DNA of 64,000 bases from Mobula hypostoma (taxonomy: Eukaryota), in NCBI RefSeq assembly GCF_963921235.1, contig NC_086115.1:52452001-52516000 (forward strand), in the 5' to 3' direction. The notes beneath the pieces were generated by a model, which worked only from the letters and a program-made list of their open reading frames with translations, made no database searches and had not been told where the DNA came from. Below, piece after piece: positions 1-13,086 of this stretch. Position numbers and translations under genes: made by a program. Positions within the stretch are counted from its first letter, which is position 1. The number at the start of each line of letters is the position of its first letter.

Positions 1-559
1 TCCATCCAGAAATAGACCCCTTGGCCTATTACGTCCATTCTGCTACACTAATCCCACTTACACACTTTACTTCCATTACCCTCTATGCCCTGGGGATTCA
101 GGTACTTATCTCTATGCTTACTAAATGATGTGAGATGCCTCCAACATCTCTTCTGTTAGCACAGTCCAGGCTCCAACCATCGTTTTGCATGAAGATAATC
201 CCCCTCAGATCTCCTCTAAGCCTCCCACCTTTCACCTTCAAACTATAGCTTCTTGTCTTGGATCTTTACTGCCTACCTTGTCATAATCACCAAAATAATT
301 CTCAGCCGCTTCAACCTCTCCTGATAAATGTGTAATATGATGCAGAAGGCAGCAAATGATTTTTAATTGGTTTTGAATACGGATATTATGCATTCTATTT
401 AGCTTATCAAAAAGCATTTATATGGTAATAATTAATGTGTTAAGGACATGTTAAACAGATTGGTTAAAGGTTGTTGCTATAGTGATTTGTGGGAACTTCA
501 CTAACCACAGTGATTGGAAAAGAGGAAAAAAATATCAGCAATTATGAGAAGAATGGGTG

Positions 560-1100
560 TAGAGTGGTGTCCAGATTGCTTTCTTGTGATTTCTGTCCTA
601 GGGGACATTTTCCTTCAATGGTTGAATTAAAGGAGTCTGCTCCCTACGTGACTCTCTTGTCCATTCATCTCTCCCTCCGGCACTTACCTTTGCAAGTGGA
701 ACAAGTGCTACACCTTTCCTTATACCTCCTCCCTCACCACCATTCAGGGCCCTAAACTGTCCTTCCAGGTGAGGCAACACTTCACCTGTGAGTCTATTGG
801 GGTCATCTACTGTGTTCAGTGCTCCCGGTGTGGCCTCTTGTACATCAGTGAGACCCGATGTAGATTAGAAGACCACTTCACTGAGCATCTATGCTCCGTC
901 CGCCAGAACAAGCAAGATCTCCCAGTGGCCACTCATTTTAACTCCACTTCCCATTCCCATTCTGATATGTCCATCCATAGCCTCCTCCACTGTTATGATG
1001 AGGCCACACTTAGGTTGGAGGAACAACACCTTATATTCTGTTTTGGTAGCATCCAAACTGCTGGCATAACATTGATTTCTCAACCTTCTAGTAATGTATA
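560..1100 (+). mobile_element. PLE fragment, GIY-YIG endonuclease region
   Basis: FTCESIGVIYCVQCSRCGLLYISETRCRLEDHFTEHL...LEEQHLIF. Confidence 0.9.
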
Positions 1101-2139
1101 AAACATATCGTTTATAGAGTGCTAAATTCTGTAAGTAATGTACCATTCATCAAGAAATACAGAGACATAACAAGTAATTAAAGTATTGGAGTAAGAATCA
1201 TTTAAAGATTAGCTTATTTGTCACACAGTCTGCAGATGTGCTGTAATAGTGCTACGCTAACCTCTTTGCAGCCTTCCCATCTTATTCATTCAAGAATTCC
1301 ATTCAATACTGAAAGATTTACACTATGGGATGCATCAGGATGCTGTGTGTTATCTGGGTGCTCTCAGTAAATTGCTGGTGTACTACAGTTAAGGATTGCT
1401 ATGCAGGAAGAGTATTTTCCATTGCTTTGGAGAATGTTATTTTGCAGGCACTTTATTGGAGTCGTTATATCCTATGCTGCCCGTGTCCTCCCTTGCTGTT
1501 TAACTGGGTGATAATGCTGTGGATAAAGTACTTATTAGTATTATTAGACTTCCTTTTCTTCATACTCAGGTTCTGTGTATTTTTCTCTTCCCCCAGCAGC
1601 AAACTGTGTTTTTGATTGCCAAGGGCTGTGCAGCAAACAGGAATACCAATGTCTCCACATCTGCTTGCCACACAGTGTAAGGTACTGCAATGAAATGTTC
1701 CAAGAACCCAGTGATCAAGGGCATAAATCCCTCCTTCCTGTCCCAGCTCCTCAGCTATGTACTTATCCACTTTACCCTCCTATTCCTACCCTCATTAGCA
1801 CATGGCACCACTGCTAATGGGCAGCAGGGTGGAGACACGTCTCTACCAAAGGAGGTGTGAGGCAGTTCTTCCCTCTACTGGGCTGGGGTCACCTTGGGCA
1901 ACATGTAGCACCTGCTTAGCTCCCCGATCAGGGTCACGTGAAACCAGGGGAGCAGGTGGCGGGTGGTCCTGGTTATGCAACTACCGATGCCAGGCAGACA
2001 GTTCCTGAAGAGCGTTGATACTGGCTGGGGTCACCTGTCTTGTACACTGCCCAGAAGAATGAACAAAACAGGAGTACTCCGAAGCCGACACCTCTTGAGG
2101 TCCTGCCTTTTAACTGGCCTAACTCCCTGTGTTCACAGG

Positions 2140-2420
2140 GAGTTTTCCTACCTATATCATTGGTATTTTCTACCTATGTCATTGGTATTTTCCTACCTAT
2201 GCTATTGGTACCAACTAATCTGATCACCTCTGACTGCTTGCCATCACTTGTGAAAATGTTGTGCAAATGCTTGGAGAAATCCTTTGATACTGACTCGCAA
2301 GAGACAACATTCCATCCAGGAGTCTCGCCTGACCACAGAATCTCCAGTCTGCCCTCTTAACTATGGAGTCTCCTATCTCTACAGATCTCCCTAACTCCAC
2401 CTTCCTATGCTGTGTTTGAA
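2140..2420 (-). mobile_element. CR1 ORF1 (esterase-like) fragment
   Basis: VEIGDSIVKRADWRFCG motif. Confidence 0.7.
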
Positions 2421-2749
2421 AGGTCAAGATTGCATTGGAGAAGGAGCAGAGGAACCCGGCAGAATGTTAATATAATTATTGTTCTATTCAAGTAAATGCA
2501 GTCTCATGACCCTTCTGGGTTTCCTGATAAAAAACAAATACAGATATCTTCAATTGCCCTTGATAACACCCGGCTGTGACCACAGTTCAAATTCGAAGTC
2601 TGCTCAGTTGATCGAGGAAACAACCTGCAAAGTCTGGCAACAGCAAGCAGAAATTCTCTCGACCAGTGGCATAATCTCCTTTTTTTAGACAGGTGATCGA
2701 GCCATGTCCTGTTAGATGAACAGTATTTCCAATTACATTACATAGAAAA

Positions 2750-4095
2750 TAAAGCGGTACAACACAGTACAAGACTTTGGCCCAGAATGTTGTTCTGGCT
2801 TTTCAACCTACTATAAGATTGATCTAATCCTTCCCTCCCACAAAGCCCTCAATTTTCCTATCATCCATGTGCTCATCCAAGAGTCTCTTAACCATCCCTA
2901 ATATAGCTGCCTCTATTGCCACTCCTCGCAGCGTGTTCCACCCACCTACAACTCTCCGTGTAAAAAAAAAACTGACCTCTGATATATCCCTTATACCTTC
3001 CTTCAATCACTTAGAAATTATCCCCTTATTTTAGCCATTTACGCCCTGGGAAAGAGTCTCTGGCTGTCCACTTGACCTATGATTCTTATCATCTTGTACT
3101 CCCTTGTTAAGTTGCATCTCATTCTCCTTCACTCCAAAGCAAAAAGCCCAATCTCCCTCGAGCTATCTCCAAAAGACATGCTATTCAATTGAGGTAGTAT
3201 TCTGGTAAATCTCCTCTCCACCCATTCTAAAGCTTCCACATCCTTCCTATAATGAGGCAACCAGAAATGAACACAATATTCCAAGTATGGTTTAGCCCAA
3301 GCTTTATAGAGCCACAACTTGCAGCTCTTGAACTCAATTCCACAGCTCATGAAGGCCAAGACAACTTTCACCTTCTTAAACACCCTATCAACTTGCACGG
3401 CAACATTGAGGGATGTGTGGACATGGACCCCCGAGATCTCTTGATTCATCATATTACTAAGAATCTTGCCATTATTCCTGTATTCTGACTACAAGTTTGA
3501 CCTTCCAAAGTGTATCACTTCACACAAGTGATAGCTCCTGTTCTAGTGAACACTATAGCTTCTGTTTACTGTGGAACCAAAATTATCTTTGATTATACTG
3601 AACTGATTTAATCTGATCAAAAAAATTGAAGGTAACACTCTACATTAAGAGATCACAGGTCTCAAATAACCTCGCACCTGTTCAATATTTAAAGTGAACT
3701 CTTGGAATTTGCTCAACTCTCCATTGGGCTGTAAATCATAGAAGTAGAATTAGTAGGTCACTTGGCCCATTGAGTCTGCTCTGCCATTCCATCATGGCTG
3801 ATTTATTATCTCTCTCAACCCCATTTTCCTGTTTTCTCCCCGTTAGCTTTAGCACCCTTACTAATCAAGAGCCTATCAACCTCCACTTTAAATATACCCA
3901 ATGATTTGGCCTCCACAGCTGTTATCTCTACCCTAAAGGCACGAAATGTGCAATCTGAGGCTGTGCCCTCTGATCCTAGACTCCCCCCACTATTGAAAAC
4001 ATCCTCTCCATGCCCACTCTGTCTAGGCCATTCAATATTCAATAGGTTTCAGTGATATCCCATCTCATTTCTTCTGAACACCAGTGAGTACAGAA
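2750..4095 (-). mobile_element. two CR1 3' fragments (~2750-3530, ~3735-4095)
   Basis: KPYLEYCVHFWLPHYRKDVEALE; FFTRRVVGGWNTL; EAKSLGIFKVEVDRLL. Confidence 0.9.
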
Positions 4096-4289
4096 TGATT
4101 CTCAGTCTCAGAAGGATTTTTACATTCCTAGGAAATGTGCATGCTGGTGCAAAACAAAAGATAGTTATCAATCAGAGAATAGGTGCTCCGATAGATGGTG
4201 CCCCACCCATTTAATGACAACTTTAAGGAACCTGTTTAAGTTTAAAACAGTACATTGATCAGGGGGGACATAGGCAGAGAAATAACAGA

Positions 4290-4625
4290 GCAACACATAC
4301 AAAATTCTGGAAGAACTCAACAGGTCAGGCAGCATCTATGGAAAAAAGTAGTCAATGTTTCGGGCTGAAACCCTTCGGCAGGACTCGAGAAAAGAAAGCG
4401 GAGGAGTAGGTTTAAAAAGTGGGAGGAGGGGAGAGAGAAATACCAGGCGATAGGTGAAACCTGGATGGAGGGGGAAGGGATGAAGTAAAGAGCTGGGAAA
4501 TTGACTGGTGAAGGAGACAGGAGCACCAGAGGGAGGCGATGGGTGGGCAAGGAGATAAAGTGAGAGAGACGGAAAAGGGGATGGGAAATGGAGAAGAATG
4601 AAGAAGATGAAGAAGGAGGTTGTTG
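4290..4625 (-). mobile_element. PLE 3' terminal fragment with decayed hammerhead (4350-4385)
   Basis: Same terminus and purine-rich body as the other copies; minus strand AGTC-CTGCCGA...GAAAC-ATT-GACT. Confidence 0.8.
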
Positions 4626-5440
4626 GTGAGGTTAGTGGTGGACTACACACTCTCCCAAAGGTGTTTGACAGGACAAGGAGATGGTGATTTGGGAGATTTA
4701 TATTCCTTCTACCATTTATGCTCAGCTTCTGTCTTACCTGAGAAATGAATCTAGAGTTCTTATTGCCATCCTTGAAGCTCCTTCTCCGCTTTGAGTGGTT
4801 ACGCGCCAACGATTTCTACAATTTGGTAGGGATGTGATGCATCTTTAGGAAGACTTTGAAATATTCACAGACCTTTTCCTCTGTCAAGCGGGTAATTCAC
4901 TGACACATTAAGATATTTGTTTTCGGTAGTTGGGTACGTGACAATATGACCTACCATCAGCACTCAGGATTTTTGTGACAGTGATGGTGGTTGGGAGAAA
5001 ATGCTGATGTTGATTTGTCTGTCATGGCAGTGGATGTGGGGATTTTGTGGAGACATCAGTGGGGAAGGTATCACCAATGTTTTGAGGTGGATTATCCAGG
5101 GATTGCTGCTCTCTGGAAGCCCAGGAGAGTTGTGCCAGGTTTCAGCTCTTTCTATTTAAACACATGCTGTAGGTATCAACCAGGTTCCAGAAGCCTACAA
5201 GAGGAAGGACCATTGATTTTTTGATAGGTCAGAGGGCTCATCTGTCTGCTGCAGAGAAAGTTATCAATCTCCTCCAGTGAGCTAAGAGTTGCTCCTGGGA
5301 ATCATAATACAAATTCCATCCACATTAGAGGCATGGTAAATGTGATCTCAACTAATGCATAATGCAGGGCACGGTCCCAGTTACTATATTGGTATTTGTT
5401 TATTATTGTCACATCTACCAAAATATAGTAAAAAAATAGA

Positions 5441-5930
5441 AGCAACACATATCAAAGTTGCTGGTGAACGCAGCAGGCCAGGCAGCATCTCTAGGAAGAG
5501 GTACAGTCGACGTTTCCGGCTGAGACCCTTCGTCAGGACGAACTGAAGGAAGAGCTAGTAAGAAATTTGAAAGTGGGAGGGGGAGGGGAGATCCAAAATG
5601 ATAGGAGAAGACAGGAGGGGGAGGGATGGAGCCAAGAGCTGGACAGGTGATTGGCAAAAGGGATATTAGAGGATCATGGGACAGAAGGCCCAGGGAGAAG
5701 GAAAGGGGGGGAACCCAGAGGATGGGCAAGGGGTATAGTCAGAGGGACAGAGGGAGAAAAAGAAAGAATGTGTGTATATAAATAAATAATGGATGGGGTA
5801 CAAGGGGGAGGTAGGGCATTAGCAGAAGTTTGAGAGGTCAGTTGATGAAGGGTCTCGGCCTGAACGTTCACCAGCAACTTTGGTGCGTGTTGCTTGAATT
5901 TCCAGCATCTGCAGAATTCCTTATGTTTGC
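5441..5930 (-). mobile_element. young PLE 3' terminus with an inverted second terminus, nested in a Rex1 3' end
   Basis: 5441-5835 on minus, then a +-strand terminus at 5845-5930; near-identical to the copies at 24228 and 63900. Confidence 0.85.
5505..5540 (-). ncRNA. minimal hammerhead motif, core intact
   Basis: Minus strand GTC-CTGACGA-AGGGTCTCAGCCG-GAAAC-GTC-GAC. Confidence 0.75.
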
Positions 5931-5939
5931 AACAGTAAA

Positions 5940-6460
5940 AAAAACTGTCTTGCACACTGTTTCTACAGATCAAATCATTACACAGTGCACTGAACTAGAA
6001 TAAGGTAAAATAACAGAATGCAGAACAAAGTGTAAAAGTTACTAATAAAGCGCTGTACAGGTCAACAATAAAGTGCAAGATCATAAAAAGGTGGATTGTG
6101 AGGCCAAGAATCCATCTTACTGTACAAGAGATCCATTCAAGAGTCTGATGACAGTGGGCTAGAAGTTGTCCTTGAACCTGGTGATACGTGCTTTCAGACT
6201 TTTGTATCTTCTGCCCGATGGGAGAGGGGAGACGAGAATGTTGTGGGCGGGTGGGGGCTTTGATTATGTTGGCTCCTTTACTGAGGCAGCAAGAAGTATA
6301 GACAGAGGCAACAGATACGAGGCTGGCACCTGTAATTTTCTGAGCTACATCCACAGCTCTTTGCAATTTTTTGTGGCCATGTGCAGAACAGTTGCTGTAC
6401 CAAACTGTTGTGCATCCAGATGGTGTAGTGCATTGATAAAAATTGGTAAGAGTTACTAAG
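5940..6460 (-). mobile_element. Rex1/Babar 3' fragment
   Basis: LTNFYQCTTPSGCTTVWYSNCSAHGHKKLQRAVDVAQKITG; related copy at ~11670-12010. Confidence 0.85.
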
Positions 6461-7717
6461 AAATATTCTTTGACTTCACAAAACCTTTGAATTCCATCTA
6501 TCTGGAGGAGCATCCTCCTCAAATTCATCTCCAATGGATGTGTAGTGGAACCATTCTCAGGAAAATCCATGCCAAACAAGGCTGGGTCATTTGCACCAAC
6601 TATTATTCTTAAAACCTCTAACTGCAAAGTTGAGTGACACTTAAAAAAATCTTCCTGTGGTATGAGCTAATCTTCAGAACTCATAATGCATATCAGAGTG
6701 AGGCCCTACTAGTTGCCTATTAGTGATGAGGCATTTAGCTAGTGGTTTTGGGATGGCAAGTGGTATGAAGAGGGCTGAATAAAAGCCATGAGGAAAAGGA
6801 TAGCCTGGGTGTGAGAGGCTGTGTAAGTTCTAGCAAAGCAGTTTTCATAGGCACTACAAAAGGACTGCCCTACGAAATGCTTGTAACATTTGGTAATTTG
6901 CTACAATGCTAGTGTACAAAGCTGAGTGACTCATTAAATCCAACAGGGCCCATATTTTCCAGCATGGAAATGGTGGCCAACACCTTTACAAAACTAGCTG
7001 ACTCAACCATCATACAGCAGCGTCCTGGCTTCCATTAAGCAGCAGGAGAAATGGAACATGATAAAAATATATTCTTACGAGTTGATGCCATTTCACCATT
7101 CAGAGCATTTGAGGCACAAAAACACCAGGCACAATTTCTTAGGCAGCCTTTCAAACCATCTTGTCTATGCAAGCTCTTTGACAGAGCTATTCAAGTTGGT
7201 CTTACACTCCAGCATTTTTCTCAAGAGCCTTACAAATTAATTCACTTCAATCACTGTGCTGAATTATCTTCTGGAAAGGTTCTATGTAATCTGATTCCAG
7301 TACACTGACGAAGTATGTTCCAGATCTTAAATCTGAAGGAAAATACTTTTTTCAACAATTTACTCTTTCTTTTGCTAATCACTTTGAATCACCAACTCCG
7401 ATTTACTAACCCAATTATCGGAGAAAATACACTTATTGTAACTGAAAGATGTGTTTACTTTACAAATTATGAAAAGTACAGACAATTATGTGCAAACAGA
7501 AAACCACAAAGTGAAGATTGTTTGTAATCAGTTTCTATTTGCTAAAAATGTCAGAAGCAATCTGAAACACAATTTCATTTTGAGGGTAGTTAAATATAGA
7601 CGGCAATTAATGTTTTTCTATTAATACCAAGAGCAGCTCTTACAAGTAGTGCTTCATAAATACAGATTATTTACAATCTACCTTCTGGATACCAAAGAAA
7701 TTATGCAAAAAATTATT

Positions 7718-7723
7718 TTTATT
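7718..7723 (-). terminator. candidate ACADSB polyadenylation signal AATAAA
   Basis: TTTATT on + strand ~220 nt past the stop codon; usage unverified. Confidence 0.35.
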
Positions 7724-7945
7724 AATGCCAAACAGAACTCAATCCACCACTTTGTAACATTATTTGGAGGAGGTTCAGGGGAATATCTTTAGAACACCTG
7801 AAACCGTACTTGATTTTACTTGTGAAACTTTATAATAAAGTACATAAAATGGACAGTAATTGCTGAAAAGCAGTTTGTTGATCTGCAGTAAACTGTGTCC
7901 ATACTGCACAAAGATCAATAGAGCTGTTGATGTTATGCAGCAATG

Positions 7946-8016
7946 CTAGAATCCTTGATCTATCAATTTTGCAATTGTATTCAATTGAATATTTGAAGTT
8001 CCTTCATATATTGAAC
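7946..8016 (-). CDS. ACADSB: ACADSB exon 11 (last coding exon)
   Basis: (G)SIYEGTSNIQLNTIAKLIDQGF*, containing the catalytic Glu in IYEGT. The 11 exons total 1293 nt = 430 aa + stop. Confidence 0.97.
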
Positions 8017-8609
8017 CTGAAAAAGGACAAGAAATAAAATTACAAATTTGCAAATGGAAAAATAAATCCAAAAGCTCAACACTAAATAGGTTTATTTTAG
8101 ATATTGCAGCTTGTCTTACTGATGAAAATGAGCTGAGTCTAACTGAACTAGCCATCCATGGATCCTACCCGACCAGACGCTGTGTGCTGGATTAGTGGAC
8201 GACCAAACAATGCAGGAGTTGGTGAGAATTCAGTGACAAGTTGGAGCAGGTAACAAAATAAAGAGTTTGTCGTCTGGAACGTCCCTGACAGCCGCTAACG
8301 TGGGCTGAAGCAACAGAGGCATCTTTTGCATCCCTAGAAGGATTCTCTTTTAAAAACTGTTTTTGAAAGTTTTTGTATTTAGACATATTTAAATACTACA
8401 AAATAAAAAATAAATGTAAATATTAAAGTTGAGAGATGATGATTTAAATAGAAAAATATATAAAATAAAACTGAAATGAACCAAGAAGATGTGATGCTGA
8501 TCCTCAAGCTTATGTTAGTCTTTGCTGGAACAGTGCAAGAGCCCAAAGACATCAGACTGGGAGTGAGATGGAAACCAGACAATCAGAGTTACTCTTGTGA
8601 CCAAACATT

Positions 8610-8850
8610 GGTGGCATGGTAATGTAGTGGTCAGCATCATGCTTTACAGTGCCAGTGACTTATGTTCAATTCCCACCGCAGCTTATTAGGAGTTTGTATG
8701 TTCTCCCACTGTGGGTTTCTTCCAGGTGCTCCAGCTTCCTCCCCCATCCAAGAGTTGGTCATTGTAAATTGTGACTAGGCTAGGGTTAAGTTAGGGCTTG
8801 CTGGGCAGCGTGGCTCAAAGAGACAGAAGGGGATAAATAGATAGATAATA
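8610..8850 (+). mobile_element. V-SINE copy
   Basis: Homologous to 34212-34490. Confidence 0.8.
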
Positions 8851-9050
8851 AAACTACAAAACAGTCAGCCAGTCTGTGTCTCATTCTTCAACATAGATAA
8901 CACCATATTACGAGCATCAAATGCAATACACAAAATACTTTACAAGAGATTTTATGCAGTGATTAACAGCAGAGAAATCAGTTTGAAAGTCATGATACAA
9001 TTAAGCCTTGATCCCGCAAAGTGAAATCATGAAAAGCAGTTTTTCTTTAC

Positions 9051-9150
9051 CTATCTTACAATCTCGATAGTATTTTTCTATGGGATAATCTTTGGTAAAG
9101 CCAACTCCTCCCATCCATTCAATACATTTGGCAGAAGTTTTGGCTGCGAT
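9051..9150 (-). CDS. ACADSB: ACADSB exon 10
   Basis: [33 protein letters not shown]; 100 nt. Confidence 0.97.
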
Positions 9151-9526
9151 CTGTAATAGATAAGTAGTCTTGTCACTAATATACAGTATGTTACTGTTCA
9201 TTCACTCATCCAAAGAAAACAAATACTGAACATGTTTCTCTTCTAAAAATGAGTAAGCAGGCTATTATCAGGCACTCCGTAGTGGTACTTCAGAATAATC
9301 CTTGTGATTTTGCTTTCTTTTCTAACTGCCCCTGATGAGAAATATGCAATCCTTTCTAAACATGTCTAAAAGACCAAAAGCTGGACAGTAGCTCTTGCTG
9401 CTTAAATTTGGCATTTTAAAATTTACTGAAGGAAATAGCATGTTTGATTCAACTCTTAAAATAATCAAATATATTTCAACCTTTCTTAACCTTTAAATGA
9501 TTTGCCCGTTCCATGTTTCATTTTAC

Positions 9527-9664
9527 CTCAGAGGTGTAGTACTTTGCCATACATGCTTCTTTAATAAAGGGTCTCCCTGCCTCTTTCAATCGAGCAGCGT
9601 TGTATGTAAGCAATCGTGCAGCTTCCAGTTGCGTAGCAATCTCAGAAATCTGATGCTGCATGCC
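9527..9664 (-). CDS. ACADSB: ACADSB exon 9
   Basis: [46 protein letters not shown]; 138 nt. Confidence 0.97.
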
Positions 9665-9759
9665 CTGTATCAATAAGGGTGGATTGAAATGGAATTAGAA
9701 AAGTACTATTATTAATTGAACCACTACACCCAAGCATAATTCAACATTTTGAAACTAGA

Positions 9760-10515
9760 CAACACACACAAAATGCTGGAAGAACTCAGCAGGCCAGCCA
9801 GCATCCACGGAAAAGAGAATAGTTGATGCTTCGGGCTGAGAGCCTTCAGCAGGAATCCTGCTGTGTGTGTTTCTTGGATTTCCAGTATCTGCAGATTTTC
9901 TTGTTTTTTTAAAACTAGATATTCATAAAATCAGTGACTTCCTTTATTTTTTTTTTACACCTGATAATAACTTAGTGCATTACAAACGTGAGAAAATCTG
10001 AATAAAAAGATGGGGGAGAAGGGAAAGAGGTTAGCTGGAAGGTGATAGGTGAAGCCAGATTGGTGAGAAAGACCAAGGGCTGGAGAAGAAACGATCCGAT
10101 GGGAGAGGAGAGTGGACAATAGGTTAAGGGGACCCAGGGGAAGTAATAGGCAGGTGAGGTGAAAGGTCAGGGTGGGGAATAAAGGAAGGGGGTAGGGGAA
10201 ATTTGTTCATCGGAAGGAGAAATCAATATTTGTACCATCTGATTGGAGGGTACCTGGAGAGAATATAAGGTGTTGCTCTTCCTCTTTCAGGGTGGCACAA
10301 GAGGAGATCATGGATCGACACATTGGAATGGGAATGGGAATTAAAGTGTTTGGCCACTGGGAAGTCCAACTTGTGGCAGATGGTGCGGAGGTGCTCAATG
10401 AAGCAGTCCTCCAAGTTACGATGGGTCTGACCAACGTAGAAGAGGCCACATTGGGAGCACCAAACACAACAGACCCCAGCAGATTCACAGCTGAAGGACT
10501 GTTTGGGGTGCATTA
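9760..10515 (-). mobile_element. PLE fragments (fold-back terminus 9761-9905; GIY-YIG fragment ~9985-10513)
   Basis: FSCESAGVCCVWCSQCGLFYVGQTHRNLEDCFIEHL on minus. Confidence 0.85.
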
Positions 10516-11272
10516 ACCAAACTGTTGCAAGATATTTTTAGTAGAATTGAATGGCCTGGATGTTATGGTATGCAGTGAAAGGTTCTTTACAGTTTTTGAA
10601 GTGGAACATGGAACTGAGTCATGGCTTCTACTGTGAATTTGGCACCCAAGCAATTGTGTAAGCATCTTGAAATTAGAAGAGATGAATCATTAACCTCAGC
10701 AGGTGGAAGGTAGAATATCTAATTCAATGTCAAAAGGTGTAGAAGCTGGATATGCATCTTTTAATCAATTCTGGATGTAAATACCACTGGAAAAGCCAGT
10801 ATTAACTGCACATCCCTAACTGCCCTTGAGATAATATTCATGAGATACCTTGCATCTAGTTCCAAAGGTACCCTCTTCTAGAAATATAGTATTTCCTAAT
10901 AAACAACCTAGGTATAACCTTAGAGATCTTAAAATTTCAATTTCAGGCCCTAACCTTTTTAATTTTAACAAACTCTCAACTCAAGTCAATTCCTTTTATA
11001 TTCCATAATCTGATCACTATCTAGTGCAATTATCAGTTGAAAACTAATTATTCTCATTTACAAAAGGTGGCAATCTCAACTGGTTGATTTGTCACAATAG
11101 GTCAAAAGTGATCCTTTATAAAGAGCATGCAGTTTCCAAATTTATATTCTTCAGTTTCAATACAGAGGCAGCAGAGAATGCAGGAACGGCTTTCAGAAGG
11201 GGGTAGTGAAAGAACAAATTATTTTAAAGAGGATATAACGAGGAAACATGAAACCAAATTTGATAACTGTAC

Positions 11273-11362
11273 CTGGAAATCATATATTCTTTTACCAAAT
11301 TGCACCCGCTGCTTTAAGTATGGGATGGTATTATCAAAGCAACCCTGTGCCAACCCAAGCAT
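11273..11362 (-). CDS. ACADSB: ACADSB exon 8
   Basis: [30 protein letters not shown]; 90 nt. Confidence 0.97.
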
Positions 11363-12191
11363 CTGCAAACAACAGAATTAGAAACGCAAACAACAGGAAT
11401 TAGAAACTACCATTAATGCTCAAAAGATCTAAATGTTAATACATTCATTTATTCAAAACATTCCTCTACACTATTTTTCAATAAAGAAACACTTAACAAA
11501 TCTGTTTCTACAAGAACAATGAAGATTGCTCAATTCTTCTGGGGTGAAAAGGCCAAAGGACCCCACCCAAGAATACCTAATGCTGTGAAAAGCCAGTACT
11601 GATCCTGCAAGTTCCCAACTACTCAGTCCATTTCCTAAATTGCTTTACTACTGTCACGTATGATGTACATTAAAAAAAATGTTCGGTATGCCATTCATAC
11701 AGATGATTTCATCACATTGGTAGTGCATTGAGGTAGTACAAGGGAAAGCAATAAAAGAATAAAGAGTTACAGTTACAGAGAAAGTCAGTGGATGAACAAT
11801 AAGCTGCAAGACCATAACGTGATAGATTATGAGATCAAGGGTCCATTTTAATGTACAAGGGGACAGTTCAATAGTCTTATAAGATCAGGATATAAGCCTA
11901 GTGGTACATGGTTTCAATCTTTGGTATCTTCTGCCTGATGGAAGGGAGGAGAAAAGAACTGAGGGCGGGTGGTGTCTTTATGTTGACTACTTTACTAAGG
12001 CAGTGACAAATGTAGTCAAACTAACAGAACAATTTGCATAGTAGACTTCCTAGCCAGCATTTGCTGCTCAGCTACCTCAGTATTTTATCATTGTATTTTA
12101 CCCAGTGATAGGATTACTTTCCATCAATGCCGTCAGGTACTTAGAAAACATATTTGCAATCGTAAAGGTATTAATGCATTGATTTACAAAC

Positions 12192-12284
12192 CTGTGCAGC
12201 AATCCCAATCCTGCCTTCATTCAGCATTCCAATTGCATATTTGTAGCCATGACCTAGTTGGCCTAAAATATTACTTTCTGGAAC
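12192..12284 (-). CDS. ACADSB: ACADSB exon 7
   Basis: [31 protein letters not shown]; 93 nt. Confidence 0.97.
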
Positions 12285-13086
12285 CTGCAACACAGGTAAA
12301 TATAAAAGACTCAATTTAGAGGAGTAAGTAAATTAAGGAATACAAAAATCATATTTATAATTAATTGGATTTTTATGGCATTGCCCACGTAAGTTACACT
12401 GATATGAGATAGGACGTGTAGTTAGGTGACAGATAGGTAAAGAATGAACCACGTGGATAGTGAAATTATAGATCACAACAAGGGCACTATTAATTATTTT
12501 GCATAATATAGTGGATGAGGGACTTCTGACATTATGCTGAATGGGTAACCAAGTTACTGACCTTACAAAGTATACAAAGTACCCAAACCCAAGTATACAA
12601 AGTGAATAACAAAGAGCATTCATATTCTCAAAATGATAGGAATCATTTTTTTTTTATTACAGTTTTTACTTTTAAATTCCCTTAATAAATCAAGAGAGAT
12701 AGCATCCAAAATGTAGCGGAGTTATTCCATCTCCTAATCCAAGCACTGTTATTTGCTTTGATATTTTACACTTGCAGTTTGGTGACTTGAGTACAGAGAA
12801 GATCTGTGCATAGTTTACAGTGTAATAATCCTGTGAAAGAATCTATAATTGCTATATTGGCCTCATTATTCACCTCAGAGTAGCAGCAAGCTTCCTCATC
12901 TTTCCCACTGACTTACCATATTGTGTTGGTATAATGAGTATAAGACTGTGGTTGTTCATTATTCATTAATCCAAGTGGAGCTTCTGGCTGTTCCATTTTG
13001 TCCGGAAAGAAGCCAAATGCAGATAATGAGGAAAAGCAGAAACTGGAGAAGAGAAAAACTTAATGTCTGCCCTCCCCTGCACTTTA

